This document shows positions 9,262-18,992 of a DNA stretch of 64,000 nucleotides, in pieces; within the stretch, counting starts at the first letter, position 1; every line of letters starts with the position of its first letter. A program made the translations under genes and the position numbers. The notes beneath the pieces are model-generated. The model ran no database searches. It was not told where the DNA came from and saw only the letters and a list, made by a program, of their open reading frames with translations. The stretch spans positions 4,405-68,404 of the forward strand of contig MGEK01000023.1 of the NCBI GenBank assembly GCA_001791325.1, read 5' to 3'. Source of the stretch: Candidatus Uhrbacteria bacterium RIFCSPLOWO2_01_FULL_47_25 (GTDB taxonomy: Bacteria; Patescibacteriota; Patescibacteriia; GWA2-46-9).

Positions 9262-9360
9262 GTGGAGCCCCACGGGTTTACCCATGTCACCTCTCCACAC
9301 CTTCTCGCGCATTCATCTACCCCCCGCCGCGGCGGGGGGCTTTCTGCGAAGGAGGGTAAA
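9262..9360 (-). mobile_element. Family B IS200/IS605-like end-only element (short copy)
   Basis: Minus strand TTTAC|CCTCC...AGAAAGCCCC...GATGAATG...GTGTGGAGAGG...CCGTGGGGCTCCAC, colinear with 31123-31335. Confidence 0.75.
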
Positions 9361-9413
9361 TTACTACAGTACTTTGCCATCGACAGCCCCCAGCACGATA
9401 ATAGACCATGCAT

Positions 9414-9440
9414 AAAGCCCCCGCCATGGGCGGGGGCTTT
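9414..9440 (-). terminator. Terminator or palindrome downstream of hup
   Basis: Perfect hairpin AAAGCCCCCGCC-ATG-GGCGGGGGCTTT. Confidence 0.7.
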
Positions 9441-9464
9441 ATGGAGTTTTTAAAGCTTTAAAAA

Positions 9465-9746
9465 CTAAAGTACTGCCTCTTTGGCGGCCTTGGCCACACG
9501 GAATTTGACTACAGTTTTGGCTGGAATCTGAATTTCCGCCCCAGTAGCAGGATTTCGTCCCATGCGGGCTTTGCGGTTAACCTTGACAAGCTTACCAATA
9601 CCCGGAACCACAAACTCGCCGTTGCGCTTGACCTCTTGATAGGCAAGAGTGGTCATTTCCTCCATTAAGGTAGCTACCTCTTTCTTGGCCACACCCACCT
9701 TACTGGCCAGCGCCTCAATAATCTGCGCCTTTGTCATTTTAGCCAT
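9465..9746 (-). CDS. hup: DNA-binding protein HU
   Basis: MTKAQII...PGIGKL...RKARMGRNPATG...IPAKTVVKF. Confidence 0.95.
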   Translation of the reverse strand: MAKMTKAQIIEALASKVGVAKKEVATLMEEMTTLAYQEVKRNGEFVVPGIGKLVKVNRKARMGRNPATGAEIQIPAKTVVKFRVAKAAKEAVL

Positions 9747-9769
9747 ACTATAAATTTAAAGAATTAAAT

Positions 9770-9861
9770 GAAGCCACTGGCTTCACCCCGCCAAGGGCGG
9801 GGTTTATTAAATCCATATCGCTTCATCCCTACGCTCACGCGCAGGATATTCGCGGGGATTT
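9770..9861. repeat. IS605-like palindromic remnant in the hup leader
   Basis: AAGCCACTGGCTTCACCCCGCCAAGGGCGGGG and an imperfect CTTCATCCCTACGCTCACGCGCAGGA hairpin resembling family B ends. Confidence 0.5.
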
Positions 9862-9914
9862 AATAAAATGGTACGACCTTTATAATGTTAATAACATATT
9901 TAATACTAAGGAAA

Positions 9915-9943
9915 AGTATACACGAGAGCCACTAATAGGGCAA
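9915..9943 (-). promoter_or_regulatory. Probable sigma70 promoter of hup
   Basis: TTGCCC, 17 bp spacer, TATACT. Confidence 0.55.
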
Positions 9944-9961
9944 CACCCCCCGGACAGGACC

Positions 9962-10112
9962 AAATTCTAAGCTCTAAGTACGAATTTCTAAACAAATTCC
10001 AAGTCCCAAATTCTAATAACTCCAATAAGTTTATAATTTGTGATTTCGGATTTGTGATTTGCTTAGCCTGCCTGCCGCGGGCAGGTATTTAGAGATTAGG
10101 CATTCGAAATTA
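9962..10112. repeat. Inverted heptamer array (CTAAATT/TTTAGAG type) with nested GC hairpin at 10067-10085
   Basis: 7-bp periodic arms in inverted orientation, similar to 36992-37122 and 51819-51943. Nested CCTGCCTGCCGCGGGCAGG. Confidence 0.75.
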
Positions 10113-10130
10113 CAACAAAAACCAACATTC

Positions 10131-10817
10131 TCACTCTTTATAACTGCGCGGGGAAACCACTACCACATACTCACCCGGCGGAGGATTAGACGACAGCCGA
10201 GCGGCCAATGATATGGCCGAACCGCGATACAGGGTTTCAAATTGCTTGGTCAGCTCACGCGCGACGAGTATCAACCGCTCTGGATCGCGCTCGGACAAGG
10301 CCGTCAAGGCCTTGACTATGCGGTGCGGCGATTCATAAAAGACGACGCTACCTGAAGTCGCGGCAACTTGATTAAAAAAATTTTGGCGCCCCTTCTTATG
10401 CGGCGGAAATCCCATAAATGTAAATTCGTCCATCGGAAAACCGCTGACCGACGCGGCCACTACCAAAGCGCACGGCCCGGGAACGGGCACGACGCGCAGC
10501 TCTTCGCCAAAACGCCGCATGGCTTCGGCAACTAGTTTGCCGCCCGGATCGTTTATGCCGGGCGTGCCAGCGTCACTAACTAAGGCCATGTCATGTTTAA
10601 CCAATAAATCAAGAATGGACTTCAGGCGCGCCAACGAAGTATGGTGGTGATAAGAAATCAGTTGAGGCGAAATACCAAGATGGGACATCAAGATTCTTGT
10701 TCGTCTTGTATCTTCAGACAAAACAATAGGCACACTTGAAAGCACTTGCCGCGCTCGCTCGCTAATATCTTTTAAATTACCAATAGGAGTAGCAACGATG
10801 TAAAGCGTGAAAGCCAT
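10131..10817 (-). CDS. rsmI: 16S rRNA (cytidine1402-2'-O)-methyltransferase
   Basis: VATPIGNLKDIS, EDTR, SDAGTPGINDPG, YESPHR, RELTK. Confidence 0.97.
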   Translation of the reverse strand: MAFTLYIVATPIGNLKDISERARQVLSSVPIVLSEDTRRTRILMSHLGISPQLISYHHHTSLARLKSILDLLVKHDMALVSDAGTPGINDPGGKLVAEAMRRFGEELRVVPVPGPCALVVAASVSGFPMDEFTFMGFPPHKKGRQNFFNQVAATSGSVVFYESPHRIVKALTALSERDPERLILVARELTKQFETLYRGSAISLAARLSSNPPPGEYVVVVSPRSYKE

Positions 10818-10846
10818 AAGCTATAAGCCGTAAAACAATAAAATCA

Positions 10847-10932
10847 AAAAGGCAAAAGTACAAGTTCAAGGTCAAAAGCTTTTGAATTTTGCATTGTAAT
10901 TTTGACTTCTAACTTTTGAATTTTGACTTCAA
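10847..10932. repeat. Inverted heptamer array (TCAAAAG/TTTTGAC type)
   Basis: Near-direct repeat of 11429-11507. Contains the stop codon of the upstream gene. Confidence 0.8.
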
Positions 10933-11403
10933 CCGGCGCCTGTATATCTCTAGATAAGCCAACACCAGCAAACTGTAGTTGACTATCATAAATGTCGGAT
11001 CGGCCCAATTAATGGCGTTTACTTTCCATGATGAGAGGGGAAACAAGAAAGGTGTCGGAAAAAATTCGTAAGTGTGCGTACCAATATCAATCAAAATATG
11101 CAGACCCCAGGCGGCAAGCGGCCACCAAATTTTACCCGAACGCCATAGCGCCACTAAGCCAAAAACGACTAAAAAAATTACGGCACTATGTGTGTAATTG
11201 TATATAAAAGAAACGTACAATGGTATGGATTCTACCTCCGGACGGCCAACGCCAAAAGTTCCAAATAAAATTCTGGAGATCATAAACGGACCAAAAGAAA
11301 ATAAATCAGGGGCCACGCCAAAAAATATCGCCCACCACCGATCAGCCGCGCGCTGTCGCTGATAAATAACATTGGCCCAAAGTCCATGAGCGAGAGTGTC
11401 CAT
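10909..11403 (-). CDS. Membrane-bound metal-dependent hydrolase (YdjM-like)
   Basis: MDTLAH, APDL, YTHS and HILIDIGTH motifs. Confidence 0.75.
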   Translation of the reverse strand: MDTLAHGLWANVIYQRQRAADRWWAIFFGVAPDLFSFGPFMISRILFGTFGVGRPEVESIPLYVSFIYNYTHSAVIFLVVFGLVALWRSGKIWWPLAAWGLHILIDIGTHTYEFFPTPFLFPLSSWKVNAINWADPTFMIVNYSLLVLAYLEIYRRRLKSKFKS

Positions 11404-11410
11404 GACAATA

Positions 11411-11507
11411 ATTCAAAAGTTAAAATGTAAAAGGCAAAAGTGTAAGTCAAAAGCTTTTAAATTTTGCATTGTAATTTTGACTTTTAACTTTTGAATTCTG
11501 ATTTCAA
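11411..11507. repeat. Inverted heptamer array (TCAAAAG/TTTTGAC type)
   Basis: Near-direct repeat of 10847-10932. Supplies the trxB C-terminus EFKS*. Confidence 0.8.
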
Positions 11508-12425
11508 ATTCTCAAGGTATTCTTCGGCTTCCATGGCCGCGGCACAGCCCCGACCGGCCGCAGTTACGGCCTGGCGGTATTTTTGATCCTCAACATCGCC
11601 AGCCACAAATACTCCGGCGATGTTCGTATGCACGCCGTCAGGACTGATAATATAGCCTGCTTCGTCAAGACCAAGCTCTCCACGAAATGGTTCAGTATTG
11701 GGTTTGTGTCCGATAGCGACGAAGACTCCTTGACAATTAATCGTTTTAATCTCGCCTGTTGTTATGTTTTTAAGACGCACCCCGGAAACCATGCTGGCGC
11801 CCAAAACTTCAGTAACTTCCATTGGCACACACCAAAATATCTTAGAGTTGGCTCGGGCCCTATCTTGAAGAATTTGCTGGGCGCGAAAGGACTCCCTCCG
11901 ATGAACTATCGTAACTTGACTGGCCAGCTTGGCTAAATAAATAGCCTCCCGCATAGAGCTGTCTCCCCCGCCCACCACAACCACTTCCTTATTCTTGAAA
12001 AAATAACCATCGCAAACAGCGCAACTGGATACGCCATGCCCTATTAGGCGCTGCTCTGATGGCAATCCTAACCAACGGGCGCTGGCGCCGGTGGCCACAA
12101 TAACGCTCTGCGCTTTCAGTTCCTGGTCGTGCATTGAAACAGTAAAAGGGCGCTCTTTGAAATTCACAGCCACAACACTATCACCAATAAAACTAGTACC
12201 AAATCGTTCCGCCTGACGCTTCATCCGGTCCATTAATTCAGGACCTTGCAATCCTTCAGGGAAGCCGGGGAAATCTTCAACATCAGTAGTCAATGTTAAT
12301 TGGCCACCCTCTTCATGTCCGGTAATGACCAGAGGCGACAAACTAGACCGCGCCGCATAAATAGCGGCGGTTAAGCCGGCGGGTCCAGAACCAATGATAA
12401 TTAATTTATAAACTTCGTTGACCAT
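11484..12425 (-). CDS. trxB: Thioredoxin reductase
   Basis: GSGPAGLTAA, CAVCDG, GGGDS, AGDV...YRQA. Likely start is MVNEV at 12425. Confidence 0.97.
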   Translation of the reverse strand: MVNEVYKLIIIGSGPAGLTAAIYAARSSLSPLVITGHEEGGQLTLTTDVEDFPGFPEGLQGPELMDRMKRQAERFGTSFIGDSVVAVNFKERPFTVSMHDQELKAQSVIVATGASARWLGLPSEQRLIGHGVSSCAVCDGYFFKNKEVVVVGGGDSSMREAIYLAKLASQVTIVHRRESFRAQQILQDRARANSKIFWCVPMEVTEVLGASMVSGVRLKNITTGEIKTINCQGVFVAIGHKPNTEPFRGELGLDEAGYIISPDGVHTNIAGVFVAGDVEDQKYRQAVTAAGRGCAAAMEAEEYLENLKSEFKS

Positions 12426-12494
12426 AATATTAACATACCACGAATATAGAGCCAGTCCATTATCAAACAAGCTTACGTTCGGTCTTGATACTGA

Positions 12495-13502
12495 TCATCG
12501 CAACCCGCTCCGTATGAATGATGGCTCTAAAACCTTGAACACACTAACCGGTTTTAAAATTCGCCCCGTTGATTCCAAAAACTCTAACAGTCTTTCGCCG
12601 CTGCCATAAAGAGAAGTAATATCATTGCCGTAAGTGAAAGCAATGGCATTGCCGGCAAAATTCAGCAGCTCAATACCACGAAATTCATCTTCTAAATTAG
12701 CCAATGTTACCCCCGACGCAATGGCGGCAATGGCCATAACTTCCTGCCTTTCCGCTTCGCCGTGTTCAAAATAATCAATAACATCAAACCAAGCTCTCAA
12801 AAAAGCGGCAACTTTTTTCGGATGAGATAAAACATATTCTTCGCGAAAGGCGATGACGTTTGAAATGAGCCCCGGGGTTTCGGCTGAAGAGAAAAGAAGA
12901 TGACTTTGCCGCCGCGCGACAGCCAAACTCAAATAAGGTTCAACGCTCACTACGGCATCAACGCGATGAGCCAAAAAAGCGCGCACCGCGCCTAATGGTT
13001 CTTGCGGCACGATAATCACGTCATCTTCAGACAACGCGGCGCGTCTTAAGGCCTCTTGAAAAAGGAGGTGCCCAAAGCCTTGAACCGGAACAGCGACGCG
13101 ACGTCCTCGCAAATCCTGGAGCGATTGAATATCCGGCACCGCCACAATACCATCAGCCCCAGATGAATAATCAATACTGGCCACTACTTTTATTGGCAGC
13201 CCCTCCGCTGTCAAGCGCAATGGTTCAGATAGCACAAAAGATCCGCCATCAGCTTCTCCTTGACGCAATGCTTCAACGGCGCGCTCATAATTACCACCGA
13301 CATCAATAATTTTCACTTTAAGGCCATACTTTTTAAACAAACCCCTTGATTCAACCGCATAAATAAGTCGTGAGGCTGGCCAGGAAGTTACAACAAAATT
13401 CAAATCAACCGGTTCTAAACGACGATACAGGACTTGCCAACCAAAAACCAAGGTCAGTATCACGATGACGGCAACCGCGGCGATGTTAATCCGTTTGAGC
13501 AT
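12495..13502 (-). CDS. NMT1/SsuA-family ABC substrate-binding protein
   Basis: DYSSGADGIV, DLRGRRVAV and EPY motifs; N-terminal TM. Likely start is MLKRI. Confidence 0.85.
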   Translation of the reverse strand: MLKRINIAAVAVIVILTLVFGWQVLYRRLEPVDLNFVVTSWPASRLIYAVESRGLFKKYGLKVKIIDVGGNYERAVEALRQGEADGGSFVLSEPLRLTAEGLPIKVVASIDYSSGADGIVAVPDIQSLQDLRGRRVAVPVQGFGHLLFQEALRRAALSEDDVIIVPQEPLGAVRAFLAHRVDAVVSVEPYLSLAVARRQSHLLFSSAETPGLISNVIAFREEYVLSHPKKVAAFLRAWFDVIDYFEHGEAERQEVMAIAAIASGVTLANLEDEFRGIELLNFAGNAIAFTYGNDITSLYGSGERLLEFLESTGRILKPVSVFKVLEPSFIRSGLR

Positions 13503-13506
13503 GGAC

Positions 13507-15150
13507 TTAGACAATATCTTCCCGTTGTTCGCGGAAAAAGCCGAGCACATCCTCAAATACTATCAAAAACGATTTGAATGGCGCTTCCAATAAATAGTCA
13601 AATAAATACAGAAAGACATTGAATTTAGCTGAAGTTAAAGAAACAAACTGGCCGACTCGCAAGATAGGTAAAGAGAAAAAATTAATGAGCACCAATAAAA
13701 TATTTTCCCGCTGACTGCTCACAAAAAGATCGCGCACTGGTTGACGAATACGAATGGCAAAAAAAGAAACAACGGTTAAAAAGAGCAGAAAAAATCCTGT
13801 GCCAATAAAGGTGAAGTGTAAACGATGCAGGATTAAAATAATTCCGCCAAAAGTTATGGTGAAGGTAAGAAGATAAAAAAGCGAAAATACACTAACCAAA
13901 AAAACTGACGAACCGACCGGATTTTTAACTTTAGAAAATACCCGGCGTTCTCCTCCATAAAGCAGCTCTATCATTACCCTAACAACTTCTCGGGTATTTG
14001 TCCGACCCGGAAAACGGGTGGTCGCCGTCAATAAAAACATCAAGCTAGGAGGAAAAACCGTGTTAATAACTATGGGGGTAGCAAGCACGGCGCCATAGAT
14101 AAATTGTTCGGCCGGGGCTTCGGCTATTAAAGCCAAGATAATCTTGGTTAAAAAAATATATACGGTAGCACGAACGGCGCTACGGTACAAACGACGACGG
14201 GTGCCGCGATAATATTTTTGACAAATCTCCTCTAGCTCGGATCGTAATCTTGGTTCGTTCAATAAAAGCTCACGAGCTCCGCCGGGGTATTTCATGGCGA
14301 TATCTTTCAAGGCATGAAAAACAATGACGCGAGACTTTAAGGCGCGATATAGTTTTAAACCAGCGGGATGCCGCAAGGCCTGTTCAGTATTGAAATACTG
14401 CCGAGAAAGCGATGGCCATAAAGACGACATATCCTCGGCGCGTCGTGAGCGCCAATCCGGCATTTGCTTTAATAATAAAAAAAAGTGTAGTGTCTGAGGA
14501 TCAAAAGCAAACAAAGCACGATAACAAGCGATAAACACCTGTCTTTCTTTCTCTTCCGAACCCAACGACCAATCCATAAGCGGGTCGTCTTTAATGACGT
14601 AACTAACCATAAGATTCACTAGAGCCTGATGCTCTGGAGAAGGAGCGAGTTCGTCATCAAGCTCTGCCGAAAGTAAACCCAACAACCAAGCCTTAGCTGT
14701 CTTTTTTTCGTTCGATTTATCCTGCTCCATGAGATTGAAAAGAACAGCATAACGATCAAAGATGGTCTGCACTTTGGGCACAATCGCTTCGGGAATGGAA
14801 TCATTCCTTAAGTATTGCGCCTGCACTAGTTCAATTAAAAAAGGACGAGCGAACTCATGCCAGTCGCCACGGTCTTCAAGCTGACGTCTCACGATCCGTT
14901 CAATGGCATGCCGTCTTAATAGGTGCTCTTCACGATAATCCAGGCTATAACGTAATTTTTCATATAATGCCGCCGCTCCAGAAATCACGCTGGAAACGTG
15001 AATGTAAGAACCTTCCAATGTTGAGACTGAAGACTGTTTCTGCGAGAGATTGGCTAAAAACGCCTGAACCGGCGGCGTCAGTGTTTTGACTGAAATCGTT
15101 GCCTCTTTGGCACCTAAATTCTTTGGTTTGCTCAATGCGGAGATGGGCAT
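13507..15150 (-). CDS. Conserved hypothetical membrane protein
   Basis: 547-aa ORF with YEKLRYSLDYREEHLLRRHAIER and C-terminal TM helices. Confidence 0.85.
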   Translation of the reverse strand: MPISALSKPKNLGAKEATISVKTLTPPVQAFLANLSQKQSSVSTLEGSYIHVSSVISGAAALYEKLRYSLDYREEHLLRRHAIERIVRRQLEDRGDWHEFARPFLIELVQAQYLRNDSIPEAIVPKVQTIFDRYAVLFNLMEQDKSNEKKTAKAWLLGLLSAELDDELAPSPEHQALVNLMVSYVIKDDPLMDWSLGSEEKERQVFIACYRALFAFDPQTLHFFLLLKQMPDWRSRRAEDMSSLWPSLSRQYFNTEQALRHPAGLKLYRALKSRVIVFHALKDIAMKYPGGARELLLNEPRLRSELEEICQKYYRGTRRRLYRSAVRATVYIFLTKIILALIAEAPAEQFIYGAVLATPIVINTVFPPSLMFLLTATTRFPGRTNTREVVRVMIELLYGGERRVFSKVKNPVGSSVFLVSVFSLFYLLTFTITFGGIILILHRLHFTFIGTGFFLLFLTVVSFFAIRIRQPVRDLFVSSQRENILLVLINFFSLPILRVGQFVSLTSAKFNVFLYLFDYLLEAPFKSFLIVFEDVLGFFREQREDIV

Positions 15151-15309
15151 ACCCCGTTAGAAGTCCCGCCCATTCGGCGGGCAGGCCTCAGAAGACAAAA
15201 TTCTCTTAAGAATTTTGTCTTCTATGGTAACTAGAATATTTAGTTGGTTGGTAGATTGTATCATATATAAAAGATTGGATATTGTGCTAAGTCAGACTTC
15301 TAACGGGGC
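15151..15309. mobile_element. Family A MITE-like element, copy 2, with nested 21-bp GC hairpin (15167-15187)
   Basis: TIRs ACCCCGTTAGAAGTC / GACTTCTAACGGGGC and hairpin GAAGACAAAATTC...GAATTTTGTCTTC. Abuts an ATG. Confidence 0.85.
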
Positions 15310-15320
15310 ACAACATTGAT

Positions 15321-15415
15321 GGAATATAGAATGTGGAATATGGAATATAGGTATTAATTGTTGGGGAATTCTGATTTTCATAAACTTGATTCTAAATTCT
15401 ATATTCAATATTCTG
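15321..15415. repeat. Inverted heptamer array (GAATATN type)
   Basis: GGAATATAGAATGTGGAATATGGAATATAG ... TTCTATATTCAATATTC, as at 18729-18829 and 52411-52440. Confidence 0.7.
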
Positions 15416-15490
15416 CATACAACACATAGTATATCATACCTTCACGCTTTCATTATACATCATAACATGGTCAAGACACTAAATGATTGA

Positions 15491-17416
15491 TTAATTTTCC
15501 CACCGATTTAGAGCCCACCACTGCAGGATATCTTTAGCGACCGGCACCGCGTAAGTACTCCCTTCTCCCGCATTTTCTAAAAGTATCGTCACAACAATTT
15601 GCGGTGAATCAAAAGGCGCAAAACCGGTAAACCAAGCGTGGGGCTGACGACTGCCGACCTCGGCTGTGCCAGTTTTACCAGCTATATCCAAGGTTAAGCT
15701 GGACAAGGCGCGGCCACTGCCGCTCTTTACTACCTGTCTCATTCCTTCACGCACTATTTTCAAATTTTTTTCTTCAACGAGCAGTTGGCGCTTGACCACC
15801 GGACGGAAACGCTGGCGGTTTCCATCTTCACTGGAAACAGTTTCCAAAAGAAAATGCGGCTGGTAAAGCACGCCATTATTGGCAATAGCGGAAGTATAGT
15901 TAGCGATCTGTAATGGCGTAACCAACACGTCTCCTTGACCAATCGCCACATGATAAGTATCTCCAATATACCAAGGCGTTTTTTTTGTCTCTAGCTTCCA
16001 GGCCGGTGTTGGCACCAAACCGGCGGCTTCATTTGGCAAATCCACACCGGTTTTATCCCCCAGCCCAAAAATATGGGCATATTTATTAATCCGCTCAATA
16101 CCCAATCCTTGATAATCGTTATAACCGCCGCCAATAATATAAAAAAATGTGTTAATGGACTCGGCTAGCGCCAGACGAACGTCTGCCCAACCATGACCGC
16201 CGGCTTTCCAATCAGGGAAAAAAGATTGCCCAATGCGGAATCCTCCAGTGCTAAGATATTTGGTAGAGGCTGTAATCAATCCTTCAGATAGGGCGGCGGC
16301 GGCGATTATTGGTTTGATAGTTGATCCTGAAGGGTAAAGTCCTTGAACTGCTCGATTGAATAATGGATCATCAGAATTTTTCTGCAAGGACTCATATTCC
16401 TCAACGCTCAAACCACGACTAAATTCATTGGCATTAAACGAAGGATGGCTCACCATAGCAATAACGCTCCCGTCCCGTGGATCCATCACGACGGCAACGC
16501 CGCGCCGCGCGCCAGCCCGCTTGAGACCAGCCGCAAGAGCGTCTTCAACCACCTGCTGTAAATCAAGATCAATGGTCAACCAAACATTCTGGCCGGGAGT
16601 GGGCGCTATTTCTGTCAGTAACTGCTGCTCTTGCCCCAGGGCATTGATTTCTACTTCGCGCCGAGCATTTTCTCCGCGAAGAATATCTTCATAAAATAAC
16701 TCCAATCCGTTTTTCCCAATAACACCAGACATGGAAGAGTTCTCTCTTGGCGACAATAAATCTTCCTCTGTCATAGGTCCAACATAGCCAAGAATATGAC
16801 TAAGTGAGTTTATCCCAGAACTGAACGCAGGATAAAAACGCAAAGGAGACGAGATAATCTCCACTCCCGGCCAGCTACTTGCTAAAATCCTTAAACGCGG
16901 ACCGTCTGCCAAAGGAATGTTTTTAATAATAGCATGAGCGTCAATTGAGGATCCCCTCTTTTTCAGTAAATCTTCCCACGACTCTCTAATTTGAACATCT
17001 GAGATATTAGTAGCGACGCTAATTTCCTGAATAATTCTGTCTTGCTCCCCGCGATCACGCGGTAAATTATAAGGGATTAAAGCGAGTGATAGAGCGGGTA
17101 CATTGTCAGCAAGCTGACGACCAAATCGGTCGTAAAACAAACCACGTGGCGCAAATACTGTTTCAACCTTAACTCGATTTCCGTCGGCCAATCTACGATA
17201 AGCATCTCCTTCCATGATCTGGAGACTAAAAACCCGACCAACAAGAATCATCAAACCCACGACCATGACAAGACCGGTTAACCACAATTGCCTAACCCCC
17301 AGGGAACGACCAAGAAAGGGGCTCCCCTCGTCGGCACCCGGCCCTTCTGCCTCGCCCCAATGACTGACGCGCCGGCGAAAAGATATATTGACCGATGGCT
17401 CCCAAAATGGATTCAT
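15491..17416 (-). CDS. mrdA: Penicillin-binding protein 2
   Basis: PBP dimerisation domain plus SxxK (GSTIK), SxN (SIN) and KTG. Downstream of mreBCD. Confidence 0.95.
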   Translation of the reverse strand: MNPFWEPSVNISFRRRVSHWGEAEGPGADEGSPFLGRSLGVRQLWLTGLVMVVGLMILVGRVFSLQIMEGDAYRRLADGNRVKVETVFAPRGLFYDRFGRQLADNVPALSLALIPYNLPRDRGEQDRIIQEISVATNISDVQIRESWEDLLKKRGSSIDAHAIIKNIPLADGPRLRILASSWPGVEIISSPLRFYPAFSSGINSLSHILGYVGPMTEEDLLSPRENSSMSGVIGKNGLELFYEDILRGENARREVEINALGQEQQLLTEIAPTPGQNVWLTIDLDLQQVVEDALAAGLKRAGARRGVAVVMDPRDGSVIAMVSHPSFNANEFSRGLSVEEYESLQKNSDDPLFNRAVQGLYPSGSTIKPIIAAAALSEGLITASTKYLSTGGFRIGQSFFPDWKAGGHGWADVRLALAESINTFFYIIGGGYNDYQGLGIERINKYAHIFGLGDKTGVDLPNEAAGLVPTPAWKLETKKTPWYIGDTYHVAIGQGDVLVTPLQIANYTSAIANNGVLYQPHFLLETVSSEDGNRQRFRPVVKRQLLVEEKNLKIVREGMRQVVKSGSGRALSSLTLDIAGKTGTAEVGSRQPHAWFTGFAPFDSPQIVVTILLENAGEGSTYAVPVAKDILQWWALNRWEN

Positions 17417-17928
17417 GACAGCTTATAAAAATTATAATTTGTTACTGATGACTGGCGGCGGTGCCAAAGAAAAAAAATCACCATGACCAAAACAAAATTG
17501 ATAAAGAGAGGCCAAAACTTAAAATAATTTTCCAAATCACTGCCGTAGCCCCATCGTTCGGCAACCAAAGACGCTACAGCTTCCCCAAAAACAAAACTCG
17601 CATAAACGCTAAAAATTATTATTAAATGAGTAGGCAAAGAACGATTAGTTAAAATACGCGCCAAGAGCATAGAAACAGCCAAGCCCAAACCGACTCCCAA
17701 CATAGTTGAGGCATACGGCGCCAAAAGAACAATATCCCGCCACGCCGCCGCTGTCATCACTGCCGCCAGCACCCAGCGTCCGGGCAAAAGTAGCAACATC
17801 AACACGACAAGCGCCGCAAACAGCGAAATGCCGCGGAATACTTCCGGCAAAATCGCCGGCATGGCGGCTTCTAGTGTCGGCTCAAAAAATACTGCAAAAA
17901 ACAGCAATCCTGTCTGGTATTTTTTCAT
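17413..17928 (-). CDS. MreD-like membrane protein
   Basis: Very hydrophobic, located between mreC and mrdA. Confidence 0.6.
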   Translation of the reverse strand: MKKYQTGLLFFAVFFEPTLEAAMPAILPEVFRGISLFAALVVLMLLLLPGRWVLAAVMTAAAWRDIVLLAPYASTMLGVGLGLAVSMLLARILTNRSLPTHLIIIFSVYASFVFGEAVASLVAERWGYGSDLENYFKFWPLFINFVLVMVIFFLWHRRQSSVTNYNFYKLS

Positions 17929-18722
17929 AAGGCGGTAATCACGGTCACAATATTCAATGTGTCGGGCTCAACTAATGGCGCAATGGTAGCCTCTTGCCAT
18001 AAACCTTGTGGATCATTCTTTCCCTCAAGTACCGTTCCAACCAATAAATCTGGCGGCACACTCTCACTAACAAAACTAGTAACAACGACGTCATTTGGTT
18101 TAATATCAGCGTCCTTAGGAATCTGCGTCATGCGCAAAGACAAACCACCAACGCTCTCTAAAAACCCAAAAGCTTGCTTTTTACCCAAAATGCGCACCGA
18201 CACCTGGGTAAGACGGTGCTCCAACAATCGCATTATACTTATTTCCTCTCCGACGTCAGATATCACGCCAACGAGCGCCCCTTCAGGACTAATAACCGCC
18301 GCGCCCGCCTTAATGCCGGCGCGCCTACCGGCAGCCAGACGAAATTGAGCTGGAGCTTTCGGGTCTTCACCGATCACTCGAGTGGTGACTGTAATCCGAG
18401 AGTGACTTTCCTGAAAATTTACCAAACGCCGCAAATTGTTATTTTCCTCTTGAAGCAAGGCGAGATATGATCGATCCAAAGAGAGCTCGGATAATCTTGA
18501 TTCAAGTTCAGACAAACGCGACGAAGCCTCTTGGCCAATGATTGTCTTTTCTATATAAAAACGCGACACCCGCGCAAAATTGAATAGCCCGCCCTCCAAA
18601 CGCGAACTGAAACGGAGAAACGGAGCCAGTGGACGCTGCGCTAATGGCGTCAACTCAATTAAAAGCAAAATAGCGACAAGCAAAATTAAACCTATAACTC
18701 GTCGTCTATTCAACAGAGCCAT
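17925..18722 (-). CDS. mreC: Rod shape-determining protein MreC
   Basis: LQEENNNLRRL coiled coil, GALVGVI, DVVVTS...PPDLLVG. Confidence 0.9.
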   Translation of the reverse strand: MALLNRRRVIGLILLVAILLLIELTPLAQRPLAPFLRFSSRLEGGLFNFARVSRFYIEKTIIGQEASSRLSELESRLSELSLDRSYLALLQEENNNLRRLVNFQESHSRITVTTRVIGEDPKAPAQFRLAAGRRAGIKAGAAVISPEGALVGVISDVGEEISIMRLLEHRLTQVSVRILGKKQAFGFLESVGGLSLRMTQIPKDADIKPNDVVVTSFVSESVPPDLLVGTVLEGKNDPQGLWQEATIAPLVEPDTLNIVTVITAL

Positions 18723-18728
18723 AGCATT

Positions 18729-18829
18729 GGAAGAATATAAAATATGGAATATTGAATATATTACTTGCTATGTAGAATCAATCGTTGTAGCTCACGTTCT
18801 ATATTCCAAATTCTATATTCAATATTCTA
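18729..18829. repeat. Inverted heptamer array (GAATATN type)
   Basis: GAATATAAAATATGGAATATTGAATAT ... TTCTATATTCCAAATTCTATATTCAATATTC. Confidence 0.75.
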
Positions 18830-18856
18830 ATCAAAGGCAATCTTCTAGCGGGGTTC

Positions 18857-18992
18857 CCCCGTTAGAGGGTCTGGGCGGAAAAAGTTTTAGCTAAAACTTT
18901 TTCCGCTAACTTAAACAGAACAGTATTAATAATAAGACGGCCAATGGTCATAATAGTAGGTAACCAAGATAATGACGACCCTCTAACGGGGT
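18857..18992. mobile_element. Family A variant element
   Basis: TIRs CCCCGTTAGAGGGTC / GACCCTCTAACGGGG and internal hairpin GCGGAAAAAGTTTTAG-CTAAAACTTTTTCCGC. One TIR encodes the mreB stop. A second terminus, CTTCTAGCGGGGT, lies at 18842-18854. Confidence 0.8.
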
